From positions 1 to 43,910 of IMG/VR virus record IMGVR_UViG_3300032225_000678: DNA of 43,910 bases; one strand, given 5' to 3'. Origin of the DNA: a virus (taxonomy: Duplodnaviria > Caudoviricetes). The notes under the pieces were generated by a model that saw nothing but the letters and a program-made list of their open reading frames with translations, was not told where the DNA came from and did not search any database. The number at the start of each line of letters is the position of its first letter. Position 1 is the stretch's first letter. A program made the translations under genes and the position numbers. Below, in pieces: positions 13,729 through 23,018 of the stretch.

Positions 13729-16197
13729 ATGCTTGACGATGACGAGCCGCAAGAGCCTCAGGGCGAGCTTGTTGACATGCCTGAAGTCGAGCCCTCCGAT
13801 GTCGAGGACACTGAGGACGGCGGCGCTATCGTCACGCTCGATGAGAAGATGCCTGATGTGTCGGGCGAGTTCTACGACAACCTCGCAGAGACCATCCCCG
13901 AGGACGAGCTAAAGACACTGGCCTCCGAGTTCATCGAACTGATCGAGCGGGACCGTGACGCCCGCAAGAAGCGTGACGAGCAGTATGAGGAGGGCATTCG
14001 GCGCACAGGTCTTGGCGACGACGCTCCCGGTGGCGCTCAGTTCCAGGGCGCGTCGAAGGTCGTTCACCCGATGCTGACCGAGGTCTGTGTTGACTTCGCG
14101 TCCCGTGCGGCCAAGGAGCTACTGCCGCCTGCCGGTCCCGTCAAGGACAACATCATTGGCGAGATCACCTCAGAGAAGATCAAGAAGGCGCGTCGCAAGA
14201 CGGCGCTGATGAACTGGCAGCTTACCACCCAAAGCCCTGAGTTCAGGTCTGAGATGGAGCAGCTTCTGACCCAGGTGCCTTTAGGTGGCGCTCAGTATAT
14301 GAAGGTGACGTGGGACGAGGCGAAGAACCGCCCGAACTTCCTGTTCGTTGCCATTGACGACATCTACCTACCCTTCGCTGCCTCCAACTTCTACTCCGCA
14401 CAGCGCAAGACCCACGTCCAGTATCTGACCCGCCTTGACTACGAGCGTCGGGTCAAGAGCGGTATGTATCGGGACGTGGACCTGACACCCGTCAGCATGG
14501 AGCCTGAACGCTCGTCAGCCGACATTGCCAACGACAAGATCGAAGGGCGCACCGCCACCTCGTATAATGAGGATGGTCTGCGGACGGTCTTCGAGATTTA
14601 CGCGACTGCCGAGATCGAGGGCGATCCCGCGCCCTATATCATCAGTGTGGACAAGTCCACGGGCGAGGTCCTGAGCATCTACCGCAACTGGGCCGAGGAC
14701 GACGACACTCAGGAAGAACTCCAGTGGCTCGTGGAGTTCCCCTTCGTGCCGTGGCGCGGTGCCTACCCCATTGGCATCGTCCACATGATCGGTGGCCTCT
14801 CAGCGGCCACCACGGGCGCTCTGCGTGCATTGCTGGACTCTGCACACATCCAGAACGCGCCCACCATGCTGAAGCTCAAGGGTGGCTCTAAAGGCGGTCA
14901 GACGCTATCCATTCAGCCGACCCAGGTCGAGGAGATCGAGGGTGGCCTGAACGTCGATGACGTGCGGAAACTGGCCATGCCGCTTCCGTTCAACCCGCCG
15001 TCGCCCATTCTGTTCAATCTTCTGAGTTTCCTGGTCGAAGCAGGCAAGGGCGTCGTCAAGACCACGATGGACGACGCCACTGACACCAGTCAGTATGCGC
15101 CCGTCGGCACGACGCTTGCCAAGATCGAGCAGGGAATGACGGTGTTCTCCGCCATTCACGCTCGCCTGCACAACTCCATGAGCCGGATGCTGGGGATTCT
15201 CCACCGTCTGAACGCCATGTATCTCGACGACAAGGATGTCGAGAAGGAAGTTGGCGAGGAGATTGCGACCCGCAAGGACTTCAATGGTCCGATGGACGTG
15301 GTTCCGGTCTCTGACCCGAACATTTTCAGCGAGACCCAGCGGTTTGCACAGATTCAGGCGGTCGCTCAACGGGCTGCTGCCATTCCGGGGATGTATAATC
15401 AGCGCAAGGTCGAGGAGCGCATCCTCGAAGTGCTGAAGATTCAGAACGGCAAGGACCTTCTGAACCCCGAAATGACGCCCAAGATGCAGAACGCGGTGAA
15501 CGAGAACGTCGCCGCGACGATGGGTCGTCCGATTGTGGCCTTCCCTGAGCAGGATCACCTCGCTCACCTCAAGACCCACCTCGCCTATCTGGTCAATCCG
15601 GCTCTGGGTATGAGCAAACTGATCGGTCCGACCTACATTCCTGGCATTCTGAACCACATCAAGGAGCATGTGGCCCTGTGGTATGCCTCTGAGGTCTATG
15701 ATCTGGGGACCGGTGCGGCCAATGAGGACATTGGTGACGCCATGAAGGACCTGAAGACCGAGGACGAGCGCCGCGCCTTCGACCGAATGCTCGCTGAAGC
15801 GTCCCAGACCGTCGTGGAGTCGGCTCAGGACGCGTTTTCGGCGCTCCCTGCGGTCATCGAGCAGGCGATTGGTGTCATGCAGCAGTTCCAGCCGCAGCCT
15901 GCCCCTGATCCGAAGCTCCAGATCGACATGCAGGACGCTGAACGCAAGGCTCAATACGACCAGGGTCGCCTTCAGGTCGATAACAACCGGGTCAATGTCG
16001 AGAAATCCCGCGCCGAGATGGACCTTGAGATCGAAAAGCTGCGCCAGGACCGCGAAGACATGCGGAAAGCCGCTGAACTCAAGACCCGAGCCGAAATCAA
16101 CGCCTCTGATAACGAGACGGCCAAGCAACTTGCTGCTGCCGAGGCGATCAGTGGTGAAAAGTTTGCCGTTTCGACCGGAACCGGCATCAACCCCTGA
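13729..16197 (+). CDS. portal protein
   Basis: GAGGA RBS then ATG at 13729; ~822 aa after terL; FQGASKVVHPML, LRALLDSAH, PVGTTLA, PVSDPNIFS motifs; coiled-coil C-terminus. Confidence 0.85.
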   Translation: MLDDDEPQEPQGELVDMPEVEPSDVEDTEDGGAIVTLDEKMPDVSGEFYDNLAETIPEDELKTLASEFIELIERDRDARKKRDEQYEEGIRRTGLGDDAPGGAQFQGASKVVHPMLTEVCVDFASRAAKELLPPAGPVKDNIIGEITSEKIKKARRKTALMNWQLTTQSPEFRSEMEQLLTQVPLGGAQYMKVTWDEAKNRPNFLFVAIDDIYLPFAASNFYSAQRKTHVQYLTRLDYERRVKSGMYRDVDLTPVSMEPERSSADIANDKIEGRTATSYNEDGLRTVFEIYATAEIEGDPAPYIISVDKSTGEVLSIYRNWAEDDDTQEELQWLVEFPFVPWRGAYPIGIVHMIGGLSAATTGALRALLDSAHIQNAPTMLKLKGGSKGGQTLSIQPTQVEEIEGGLNVDDVRKLAMPLPFNPPSPILFNLLSFLVEAGKGVVKTTMDDATDTSQYAPVGTTLAKIEQGMTVFSAIHARLHNSMSRMLGILHRLNAMYLDDKDVEKEVGEEIATRKDFNGPMDVVPVSDPNIFSETQRFAQIQAVAQRAAAIPGMYNQRKVEERILEVLKIQNGKDLLNPEMTPKMQNAVNENVAATMGRPIVAFPEQDHLAHLKTHLAYLVNPALGMSKLIGPTYIPGILNHIKEHVALWYASEVYDLGTGAANEDIGDAMKDLKTEDERRAFDRMLAEASQTVVESAQDAFSALPAVIEQAIGVMQQFQPQPAPDPKLQIDMQDAERKAQYDQGRLQVDNNRVNVEKSRAEMDLEIEKLRQDREDMRKAAELKTRAEINASDNETAKQLAAAEAISGEKFAVSTGTGINP

Positions 16198-16213
16198 GAT
16201 TTAGGAGGCCAAT

Positions 16214-16348
16214 ATGGCTAAAGAGTCCTCGAAACCCGCAAATCCCCCCATCAACCAGCACAAGGCCCTCGCTATGGGTCTTCCCCGCGAAACGGGCGCT
16301 GGCAAGGGTGCTACGGGCGGCAATAACCCGCCGAAGACCCCTGCATGA
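16214..16348 (+). CDS. small hypothetical protein (44 aa, hand-translated)
   Basis: AGGAGG RBS; MAKESSKPANPPINQHKALAMG...; ATGA overlap with the next gene. Confidence 0.6.
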   Translation: MAKESSKPANPPINQHKALAMGLPRETGAGKGATGGNNPPKTPA

Positions 16349-16533
16349 GGGTCGAAATGCTCTTGAGGGTGCTGGAGGCAAGGCAAGCGGAACTCGCAAA
16401 GAGTCTGCTTGCTTCGCCTTTGGGGCGAGACGCCTTCGAGTTTGGCCGTAGCTCGGGTCTGTATCACGGACTCGAAATGGCAAAGAACGCCATCATCGAC
16501 TTCTACGAGGAAGCCGACAAGAAAAACCAATAA
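16345..16533 (+). CDS. small conserved head-module protein
   Basis: 62 aa, G-x-x-x-GL-x-x-A motif, between portal and the GroES-like gene. Confidence 0.7.
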   Translation: MRVEMLLRVLEARQAELAKSLLASPLGRDAFEFGRSSGLYHGLEMAKNAIIDFYEEADKKNQ

Positions 16534-16555
16534 CCCTCAAGAATGTGGAGCACAC

Positions 16556-16990
16556 ATGAAAGAGATCAGTAACAAGATCGACTTTGCTTACGGAAGCATC
16601 GACGAAGCATTCCCCATCTGCGAACCCGGCGTCGAACCTTTCGGTTCTCGGGTCCTGGTCCAGGTCCGCACCCCTAAGCGCAAGACCAAGGGCGGCATCA
16701 TTCTGACGAGTGAAGTCCGCGAGATCGAACATTACAACACTCAGGTCGCCAAGGTGATTGCACTTGGCCCTTTGGCATTCCACAACCGAAACACCTTGGA
16801 GCCCTGGGTCGAAGGGCTCTGGTGCTCTGTTGGCGACTTTGTGCGCGTGCCGCGATATGGCGGCGACCGGTGGACCGTGAAATACGAGGTGGACGGCGAG
16901 GAGGAAGAAGCCGTTTTCGTCATTTTTGACGACCTCAACATTATTGGACGCATCACTGGCGATCCCCTCGCCATGCGGGCGTTCCTCTAA
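16556..16990 (+). CDS. groES: GroES/Cpn10-like co-chaperonin
   Basis: EPFGSRVLV...KTKGGIIL...AKVIALGP...VGDFV...YGG...DDLNII; GGAG RBS. Confidence 0.85.
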   Translation: MKEISNKIDFAYGSIDEAFPICEPGVEPFGSRVLVQVRTPKRKTKGGIILTSEVREIEHYNTQVAKVIALGPLAFHNRNTLEPWVEGLWCSVGDFVRVPRYGGDRWTVKYEVDGEEEEAVFVIFDDLNIIGRITGDPLAMRAFL

Positions 16991-17042
16991 GGGCGATATT
17001 CCCGTCGCCACTTTGCATAGCTGCCATTAGAAAGGAAAAGCT

Positions 17043-17960
17043 GTGTCCGACCCGAACGAACTCGACGATGACGACATCGAGGTCATTGAACTTGAAACCG
17101 AAGACATCCCGGTCGAACAACCGGAGCCTGAGGTAGAGCCTGAACCCGAAGATTCCGAGGACGAGCGCCTAGTTGAGTCTGATGAGCCCGAGGACGAGGA
17201 GGAAAAGACCTCTGCCTCTAATAAGAACCGCAAGCGCCGTGAAGTCCAGAAGGCTGCACGAGACCGCGCCCAGCGTGAACTCCAACTGCTGCGAGAACAG
17301 AACCAACTCCTCATGGAGCGGGTCAACAACATCGAGGGGTCCGTCCGCAGTCAGACCGAGGAGCGCCTCGACTACCGGCTCTCCGAGGCCCAGCGCGAGG
17401 TCCAGACCGCTGATGCCATTATCGCTCGTGCCGTAGAGGCTGGTAATGGCGACGATGTGGTCACGGCTATGCGCCTCAAGGAGGAGGCTCAGAACAAGGT
17501 CCTCCAGCTTGCAGCGGCCAAGCAGCAGGCTGCTCAACCGCGTCAGCAGGGTCCTGATCCCCGCATCTCATCCCTCGCCCGTGAGTGGGCTGACGCCAAC
17601 CCCTGGTTCGATGCTTCTGGCCGAACGGAGGAGAGCGCCATTGCCCTCGCCATCGACCGGGTTCTCCCGAACGAGGGATATGATCCTCGCTCTGTGGAAT
17701 ACTACGAGGAACTGACTCGTCGCTTGAACAACCGTATCGGCAGACCCACAACTGCTGAGAAGACTCAAGAAACGAGCACAAAGCGCAAGGCTCCTCCGCA
17801 AGGAACGGTAAGCCAACACGCACCCACTTCGACGCGTAAACAAGTTTACGTGACACCTGAACGCAAGCAGGCTATGATGGACGCTGGTTACTGGGACGAC
17901 GTTGCTCTCAGGAACCAGATGCTCAAGGAATACGCTGCTTACGACAAATCGGCCAGCTAA
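17043..17960 (+). CDS. capsid scaffolding protein (putative)
   Basis: Acidic N-terminus, long coiled coil, W-x-x-x-NPWF; located between portal and capsid. Confidence 0.7.
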   Translation: MSDPNELDDDDIEVIELETEDIPVEQPEPEVEPEPEDSEDERLVESDEPEDEEEKTSASNKNRKRREVQKAARDRAQRELQLLREQNQLLMERVNNIEGSVRSQTEERLDYRLSEAQREVQTADAIIARAVEAGNGDDVVTAMRLKEEAQNKVLQLAAAKQQAAQPRQQGPDPRISSLAREWADANPWFDASGRTEESAIALAIDRVLPNEGYDPRSVEYYEELTRRLNNRIGRPTTAEKTQETSTKRKAPPQGTVSQHAPTSTRKQVYVTPERKQAMMDAGYWDDVALRNQMLKEYAAYDKSAS

Positions 17961-17974
17961 AAGGAGCCAGCCAA

Positions 17975-18508
17975 ATGGAAGTAGACGAACGCCTTGCGAA
18001 GGAAGTTGGAGCCAGTCGTCGCTCGCGGCAATCTGAAGACCGTGCGGTCACAGAGCGTCGTGACATTAGCGACAACGACCGGCTGAACATGTTCCGAAAT
18101 CAACTTTTCAACGACGCACTGCCCGACCTCCCTCAAATCCCTGGTTGGCACCTCTGCTGGTTGACTACGACCAACACCCGCGACAGCATCCATCGCCGGA
18201 TGCAGCTTGGCTATGAGCCCGTTCGTCCCGAGGAAGTTCCCGGTATGGAATACGCGACTCAGAAGACCGGCGAATGGGCGGGTATGATCGGTGTCAACGA
18301 GATGCTCGCGTTTAAGCTACCCATGAGTCTCTACGAGATGTTCATGCAGGAAGCTCACCACGATGCACCTAATCGCGAAGAAGGCAAACTTGCCGACACC
18401 GCTGATTTCATCAGGAATCAGGCCGCTCGTGATAACGTCGAGGTCTATGAGGACGAAGGTTATCAGGAAATGCGTCAATTCGCGCCGCGCCGTGGTCAAT
18501 TCGACTAG
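17975..18508 (+). CDS. conserved head-module hypothetical protein
   Basis: 177 aa, AAGGAG RBS. Confidence 0.75.
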   Translation: MEVDERLAKEVGASRRSRQSEDRAVTERRDISDNDRLNMFRNQLFNDALPDLPQIPGWHLCWLTTTNTRDSIHRRMQLGYEPVRPEEVPGMEYATQKTGEWAGMIGVNEMLAFKLPMSLYEMFMQEAHHDAPNREEGKLADTADFIRNQAARDNVEVYEDEGYQEMRQFAPRRGQFD

Positions 18509-18548
18509 GCGCGGGTTTCCCATTCACCTCACATCAATGAGGTAATTC

Positions 18549-19115
18549 ATGTCTGCGACTTCCGCCCCGTTCGGGCTGAGTCCTGCGACTCATCCGTCGG
18601 GCACTCTGCGCCCGGTGGCTATGACGATTCGCTCGACCTATGCTACCGACATCTTCCAGAACCAGCCCGTCAAGATCGTCCCGTCGTCCACTGGCGAAGG
18701 CACGATTGCGGCTGCTGCCATTGGTGATCGCTTCATCGGCACCTTCCAGGGTGTTGAGTGGACCGACTCCGACGGTCGTCGGCGCTTCTCCAACAAGTGG
18801 ACCGCCTCGACCACTGGCACTGACATTGTGGCTTACGTCACCCGTGACCCGAACATCACCTACGAGATTCAGTCGAATGCCGCTCTGGCTATCACTGACA
18901 TCGGCAAGCAGTATGACTTCACCACCATCGGCTCGGGCAACTCCACTGTGGGTATCTCGGCTATGATGCTGGATGTGGCCTCCGCTGCGACCAATGCCTC
19001 GTTCCGCCTGCTGGGTATCACGCCCGGTGCCGACAACAACTGGGGTGACACCTACGTCATCGCTCAGGTCCAAATCAGCGAGCATCAAAACGTCGCTGAC
19101 GTGGCCGCTTATTAA
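18549..19115 (+). CDS. virion structural protein (capsid decoration/auxiliary)
   Basis: APFGLSP...G-x-FQGVEWTD...DPNITYEIQS; highly biased codon usage; upstream of the major capsid gene. Confidence 0.7.
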   Translation: MSATSAPFGLSPATHPSGTLRPVAMTIRSTYATDIFQNQPVKIVPSSTGEGTIAAAAIGDRFIGTFQGVEWTDSDGRRRFSNKWTASTTGTDIVAYVTRDPNITYEIQSNAALAITDIGKQYDFTTIGSGNSTVGISAMMLDVASAATNASFRLLGITPGADNNWGDTYVIAQVQISEHQNVADVAAY

Positions 19116-19129
19116 GAGCGGATGAGAAC

Positions 19130-19879
19130 GTGACTTACTACGCCTACATCCATGCTCGGCCTGAAACTACCGACCAGTTCGGTGTGTTTTACGTCGGCAA
19201 GGGTGTGGGTGGCCGACGCAAGCCTACCCCTCACCGCAACCGCCATCACGGCCATGTGGTTGAGAAACACGGTGCTGAGAACATTCTGATTGGGTCAATC
19301 GACTGCTCTGATGAGGCCACGGCCTTTGAACTGGAGCGGGGTCTGATCAAGTGTCTGAAGCGATCCGGCGTGCGTCTTACCAACATGACCGACGGGGGCG
19401 AAGGAAGTTCCGGTTTTGTCATGCCGCAATCGGCCAAGGACAAGATTGCTGTTAGCGCAGCCATCATGGCTAAGGACCCTGTGATCCGCGAAAAGCGTAG
19501 CGCAGCGACCAAAGCCAACAACTTGGTCAACTGGGCCGACCCTGACTACAAGGCCAGGGTATCGGAATCCATGCGGGGTAAGAAAAAGACTCGCACTGAA
19601 GCATCTGACGCTGCGAGGCGTGCAAATGCTCAGAAGGCTAATACTGATGAGCGGCGCAAAGCCGCTTCGGAAGCTATTAAATTGCGTTGGGCCGATCCTG
19701 AGTTCCGAGAGCGTATGGCTGAGAAGCGCCGCGAATCTTGGAAGGACCCTGAAAAGCGGGCGGCGATGCTCGCTGGCCGGTCAGAAGGGATCAGTAAGTC
19801 ATGGGACAACCCTGAGACCCGTGAAAAACGTATCCGAGGGATCAAGAATCCCCGGACTACAACCCAGAAGGATAACTAG
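19130..19879 (+). CDS. free-standing GIY-YIG homing endonuclease with repeated helical DNA-binding motifs
   Basis: YYAYIH...FYVGKG...R...E-x-x-LI...LTNMTDGGEG; five W/K-x-[DN]P-x-x-[RK] repeats (NUMOD3-like). Confidence 0.85.
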   Translation: MTYYAYIHARPETTDQFGVFYVGKGVGGRRKPTPHRNRHHGHVVEKHGAENILIGSIDCSDEATAFELERGLIKCLKRSGVRLTNMTDGGEGSSGFVMPQSAKDKIAVSAAIMAKDPVIREKRSAATKANNLVNWADPDYKARVSESMRGKKKTRTEASDAARRANAQKANTDERRKAASEAIKLRWADPEFRERMAEKRRESWKDPEKRAAMLAGRSEGISKSWDNPETREKRIRGIKNPRTTTQKDN

Positions 19880-19881
19880 TT

Positions 19882-20796
19882 ATGGCTACACCTATGCGTA
19901 GCACGGACTTCAGAGCGATAGTTGAGCCTATCCTTAACAAAAGCTTTGACGGAGTCTATGACCAGCGGAAAGACGAGTGGAAACAGGTGTTCGAGCAGAT
20001 CACCGGTATTCCGCGCGCCTATCATGAAGAAGTCGTTCAATACGGCTTCGGTGCTGCCCCGGAACTGCCCGATGGCATGCCCGTCACCTACCAGTCCGGT
20101 GGCGTGCTGTTCATCCAGCGTTACCTCTACAAGGTCTACGGTCTGGCCTTCGCCCTGACCAAGGTCCTCGTTGAGGATGGTGATCACGTCCGTATCGGCC
20201 AGACCTACGCCAAGCACCTTGGCCAGTCGATGGTTGAGACCAAGGAGACCCTCACCGCCAACATCCTGAACCGCGCCTTCAACGGCTCGTATCTCGGTGG
20301 CGACGGCGTGGCTCTGAACGTCAGCAACCACCCGATCTACAACGGCACCTTCTCAAACGTGCTGACCACCTCTGCTGCCCTGTCCCAGACCTCTCTGGAG
20401 CAGATGCTTGTTCAAATCCGCAACGCGGTGGACAACAATAACAAGCGCATTCGGCTTACCCCGAAGGCCATTGTTACCGGCCCGTCCAACGTGTTCCAGG
20501 CTGAAGTGCTGCTGAAGTCCGTCCTGCGGGCTGGCACTGCGAACAACGACATCAACCCCATTAAGTCTATGGGGATGCTGGACGACGGTCAGGCCAACCT
20601 CTCGCGTATCACTTCCACCACCGCTTGGTGGGTGAAGACCGACGCGCCGGAAGGTCTGAAGGTTGTTCAGCGTCGTGGCCTTGAAAAAGGGATGGAAGGA
20701 GACTTCGAGACCGACTCCACGCGGTTCAAGTCGACCGAACGCTATGCTGTTGGTTGGACGGACCCTCGCGCGATCTTCGGAACGCCGGGCACCTAG
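19882..20796 (+). CDS. major capsid protein
   Basis: 304 aa, strongest codon bias in the window, followed by a terminator; MRSTDFRAIVEPILN...GGDGVAL...MEGDFETD...ERY...W-x-DPR. Confidence 0.85.
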   Translation: MATPMRSTDFRAIVEPILNKSFDGVYDQRKDEWKQVFEQITGIPRAYHEEVVQYGFGAAPELPDGMPVTYQSGGVLFIQRYLYKVYGLAFALTKVLVEDGDHVRIGQTYAKHLGQSMVETKETLTANILNRAFNGSYLGGDGVALNVSNHPIYNGTFSNVLTTSAALSQTSLEQMLVQIRNAVDNNNKRIRLTPKAIVTGPSNVFQAEVLLKSVLRAGTANNDINPIKSMGMLDDGQANLSRITSTTAWWVKTDAPEGLKVVQRRGLEKGMEGDFETDSTRFKSTERYAVGWTDPRAIFGTPGT

Positions 20797-20821
20797 CCCA
20801 CTGAAAACATTGATGTTTTTG

Positions 20822-20850
20822 AGGCCCCGGTTCACGCCGGGGCCTTTTTT
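20822..20850 (+). terminator. intrinsic terminator after the capsid gene
   Basis: AGGCCCCGG-ttcacg-CCGGGGCCT followed by a T run. Confidence 0.85.
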
Positions 20851-20858
20851 CTTGGGCG

Positions 20859-20887
20859 TTGACATTGAAGGTCTTAAAGCGTAAACT
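20859..20887 (+). promoter_or_regulatory. sigma70 promoter for the downstream endonuclease
   Basis: TTGACA-N17-TAAACT immediately after the capsid terminator. Confidence 0.7.
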
Positions 20888-20922
20888 ATCTGTAAGTTCA
20901 GTCCTTATGAAACGGATAGTCA

Positions 20923-22473
20923 ATGGTATACGATCTTCAACGCGTCCTTTCCAAGTTCCCCAAAGAGGTCTTGGATCGCTATGATTTCTCAAACGCGGTT
21001 TACACTGAGGCGCTAAAGCCCATCACAGGTATCATTTGCCCTGAGCACGGCGAGTTCAAACAATACTGCGGCCAACTCCGTAAACCCAAAGGGGCTGGGT
21101 GCCCTGCGTGTGGGGATGCTACTCGCAGATCAAAGCAGCGCCTGACTCAAGGGCAAGCTATTGCCAATATGGTTGAAACTCACAAGGGTCTGTATGACTA
21201 CTCCAAGGTTGTCTACAGAGGTTCGGCGGAAAAGATCACCGTCGTTTGCCCTGAGCATGGTGAGTTTCTGACGACATACAACAATCACAATGCGGGGAGG
21301 GGTTGCCCTGTGTGTGGGAATGCTAGGAAGGGCACTTGGTCTGGAATTGAAGAGGCACGAAAGAAGACCGCTGCGACCAAGATCGCTCGTCACGCGTTTA
21401 CCTTCGTAGCTCAGGCTCGTGCCGTTCACGGAGATGCCTACGACTACAGTCAGGTCGTTTACGCCGGAAAACGATCAAAAGTTACGATCATTTGCAAGAA
21501 GCACGGCTCCTTTCAGCAGACTCCTGGACATCACATCTGGCGAGCGCACGGTTGCCCTGAGTGCTCACATCACAGGTCCAAGGGTGAAGCGGCTATCTTC
21601 AACTTCGTGTCTATTTTCTGTGAGCCCATGTCCCGCGACCGGGCAACGCTCGGCGGCAAAGAACTGGACATCCATCTGGTCGATCATAAACTCGCCATCG
21701 AGTATTGCGGAGAATATTGGCACGGAGCTTCCAGCGTCAAAGAGGAGCAGACGGCTAGAAATCGTCACCTGGAGAAGTATGAAGCCTGCAAGGCCAAGGG
21801 TATCAGGCTTCTGACGATCTATGAGAGCGAATGGCTCGCACGCCCTGAGGCTATCAAGCGTTTGATCCGAAACGCACTTGGCAAGTCTCGTGGCAGCGTC
21901 ATGGCTCGGAAGTGTGAACTTAAGAAGGTTGATACTCGTGAGGCTTCGGCCTTCTACGACAAATATCACCCTCAGGGTGGAGCAGGCAGCGGTGAACACT
22001 ACGGCTTGTTCTATTCGGGCAAGATGGTTGCGTGCATGAGGTTTACGTTCGGAGCCAATGACCGTGGTGCCAATTCGGAGCGGGTTTGGACACTTAGCCG
22101 CTATGCGACCCGCATAACTGTCCGTGGAGGGGCAACTAGGCTTATGACGGCGTTCATTCGTGAGTATGATCCGCCCGTCATCAAGTCGTTCTCTGACAAC
22201 CGATACTTTGACGGTGGGATGTATGAGTCCCTTGGCTTCACGCTTGAAGAAGTCACCGACCCTGATTATCAGGTCTATCATCAGAAGATCGGACTGCTGC
22301 CCAAGTCAGCGTGGCAGAGGAAGTCGATCCCGAAGCGCATCAAGGAGATTGGGTCGAGCGAAGTGTTCGATCCTGAGACTGACCCTAGGACCGAGAGGGA
22401 GATGACTTTCCTTCTTGAAGCGCAAAGGATATTCGACTGCGGCAAGAAACGCTGGACTCTTACACGCCACTAG
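20923..22473 (+). CDS. Hef-like homing endonuclease: three DUF723-type Zn repeats, PD-(D/E)xK domain, C-terminal GNAT/Mom-like domain
   Basis: 3x YD[FY]S-x-x-x-Y...C-x-x-HG-x-F...GCP-x-C; ELDI...LAIEYCGEYWH...IRLLTIYESEW; ARKC...HPQG...LSRYAT...GGATRL...SFSDNRY..G.MYESLGF. Confidence 0.8.
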   Translation: MVYDLQRVLSKFPKEVLDRYDFSNAVYTEALKPITGIICPEHGEFKQYCGQLRKPKGAGCPACGDATRRSKQRLTQGQAIANMVETHKGLYDYSKVVYRGSAEKITVVCPEHGEFLTTYNNHNAGRGCPVCGNARKGTWSGIEEARKKTAATKIARHAFTFVAQARAVHGDAYDYSQVVYAGKRSKVTIICKKHGSFQQTPGHHIWRAHGCPECSHHRSKGEAAIFNFVSIFCEPMSRDRATLGGKELDIHLVDHKLAIEYCGEYWHGASSVKEEQTARNRHLEKYEACKAKGIRLLTIYESEWLARPEAIKRLIRNALGKSRGSVMARKCELKKVDTREASAFYDKYHPQGGAGSGEHYGLFYSGKMVACMRFTFGANDRGANSERVWTLSRYATRITVRGGATRLMTAFIREYDPPVIKSFSDNRYFDGGMYESLGFTLEEVTDPDYQVYHQKIGLLPKSAWQRKSIPKRIKEIGSSEVFDPETDPRTEREMTFLLEAQRIFDCGKKRWTLTRH

Positions 22474-22524
22474 CCATGAGATCGGCCTCTGTGCTATGTT
22501 GCGCGGAACTTCATGGAGGCCCTG

Positions 22525-22965
22525 ATGGCTCAAACTACTTTCTCAGGCCCGCTCGCCTCCGGCGATAAGGCTGCTGGCGTATCGGGCGGGTCGAATATCG
22601 GCTATGCCCAGCTTGTTCAGAGCGCGACGCTGAACTTCGACGCGACCCTGGTGCAGAGCGCCACGTTCAACCTGCCTGTCAACTCGATCATCACTGGCTT
22701 TAACATTGATGTTCTGACCGCTTACGACAGCGCCACGTCCGCGACCCTGACCATCGGCACCGCCGCTGCTGGCACTCAGTATGCCGGTTCGGTCAATGCC
22801 AAGACCACTGGCCGCGCTGCTCCGACCTACTCCGCTGCCCAGCTTCTCGCTGCAAGCAACATCACGACCAACACCTCGGTCGTCGTGACTGTCACCTCCG
22901 TCGGTCAGCCGACTGCTGGTAAGGTGTTCATCTCTGTTGAATACGTCCAGACGACCGGCGTCTAA
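22525..22965 (+). CDS. virion structural protein
   Basis: GGAGG RBS; MAQTTFSGP start; A/T/G-rich, beta-type; biased codon usage. Confidence 0.75.
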   Translation: MAQTTFSGPLASGDKAAGVSGGSNIGYAQLVQSATLNFDATLVQSATFNLPVNSIITGFNIDVLTAYDSATSATLTIGTAAAGTQYAGSVNAKTTGRAAPTYSAAQLLAASNITTNTSVVVTVTSVGQPTAGKVFISVEYVQTTGV

Positions 22966-22973
22966 TCTATTGA

Positions 22974-22997
22974 ACCCTGCCGCTTCGGTGGCAGGGT
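22974..22997 (+). terminator. stable hairpin with a C(UUCG)G tetraloop
   Basis: ACCCTGCCGC-TTCG-GTGGCAGGGT; no T tail, so it may be a stabiliser or processing hairpin. Confidence 0.5.
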
Positions 22998-23018
22998 CAA
23001 CCTCATAGGAGCCACTGG

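Noticed and set aside
14905-16128. Long antisense ORFs (407 aa here; also 36577..37614, 38053..38847, 21565..22281)
   Set aside because: These are shadow ORFs expected opposite GC-rich, codon-biased genes; they have no recognisable motifs or RBS, unlike the nested HNH.
19116-19881. Group I intron housing the GIY-YIG ORF
   Set aside because: Only 14 nt upstream and 2 nt downstream are non-coding, leaving no room for a ribozyme core, and the flanking genes look complete.
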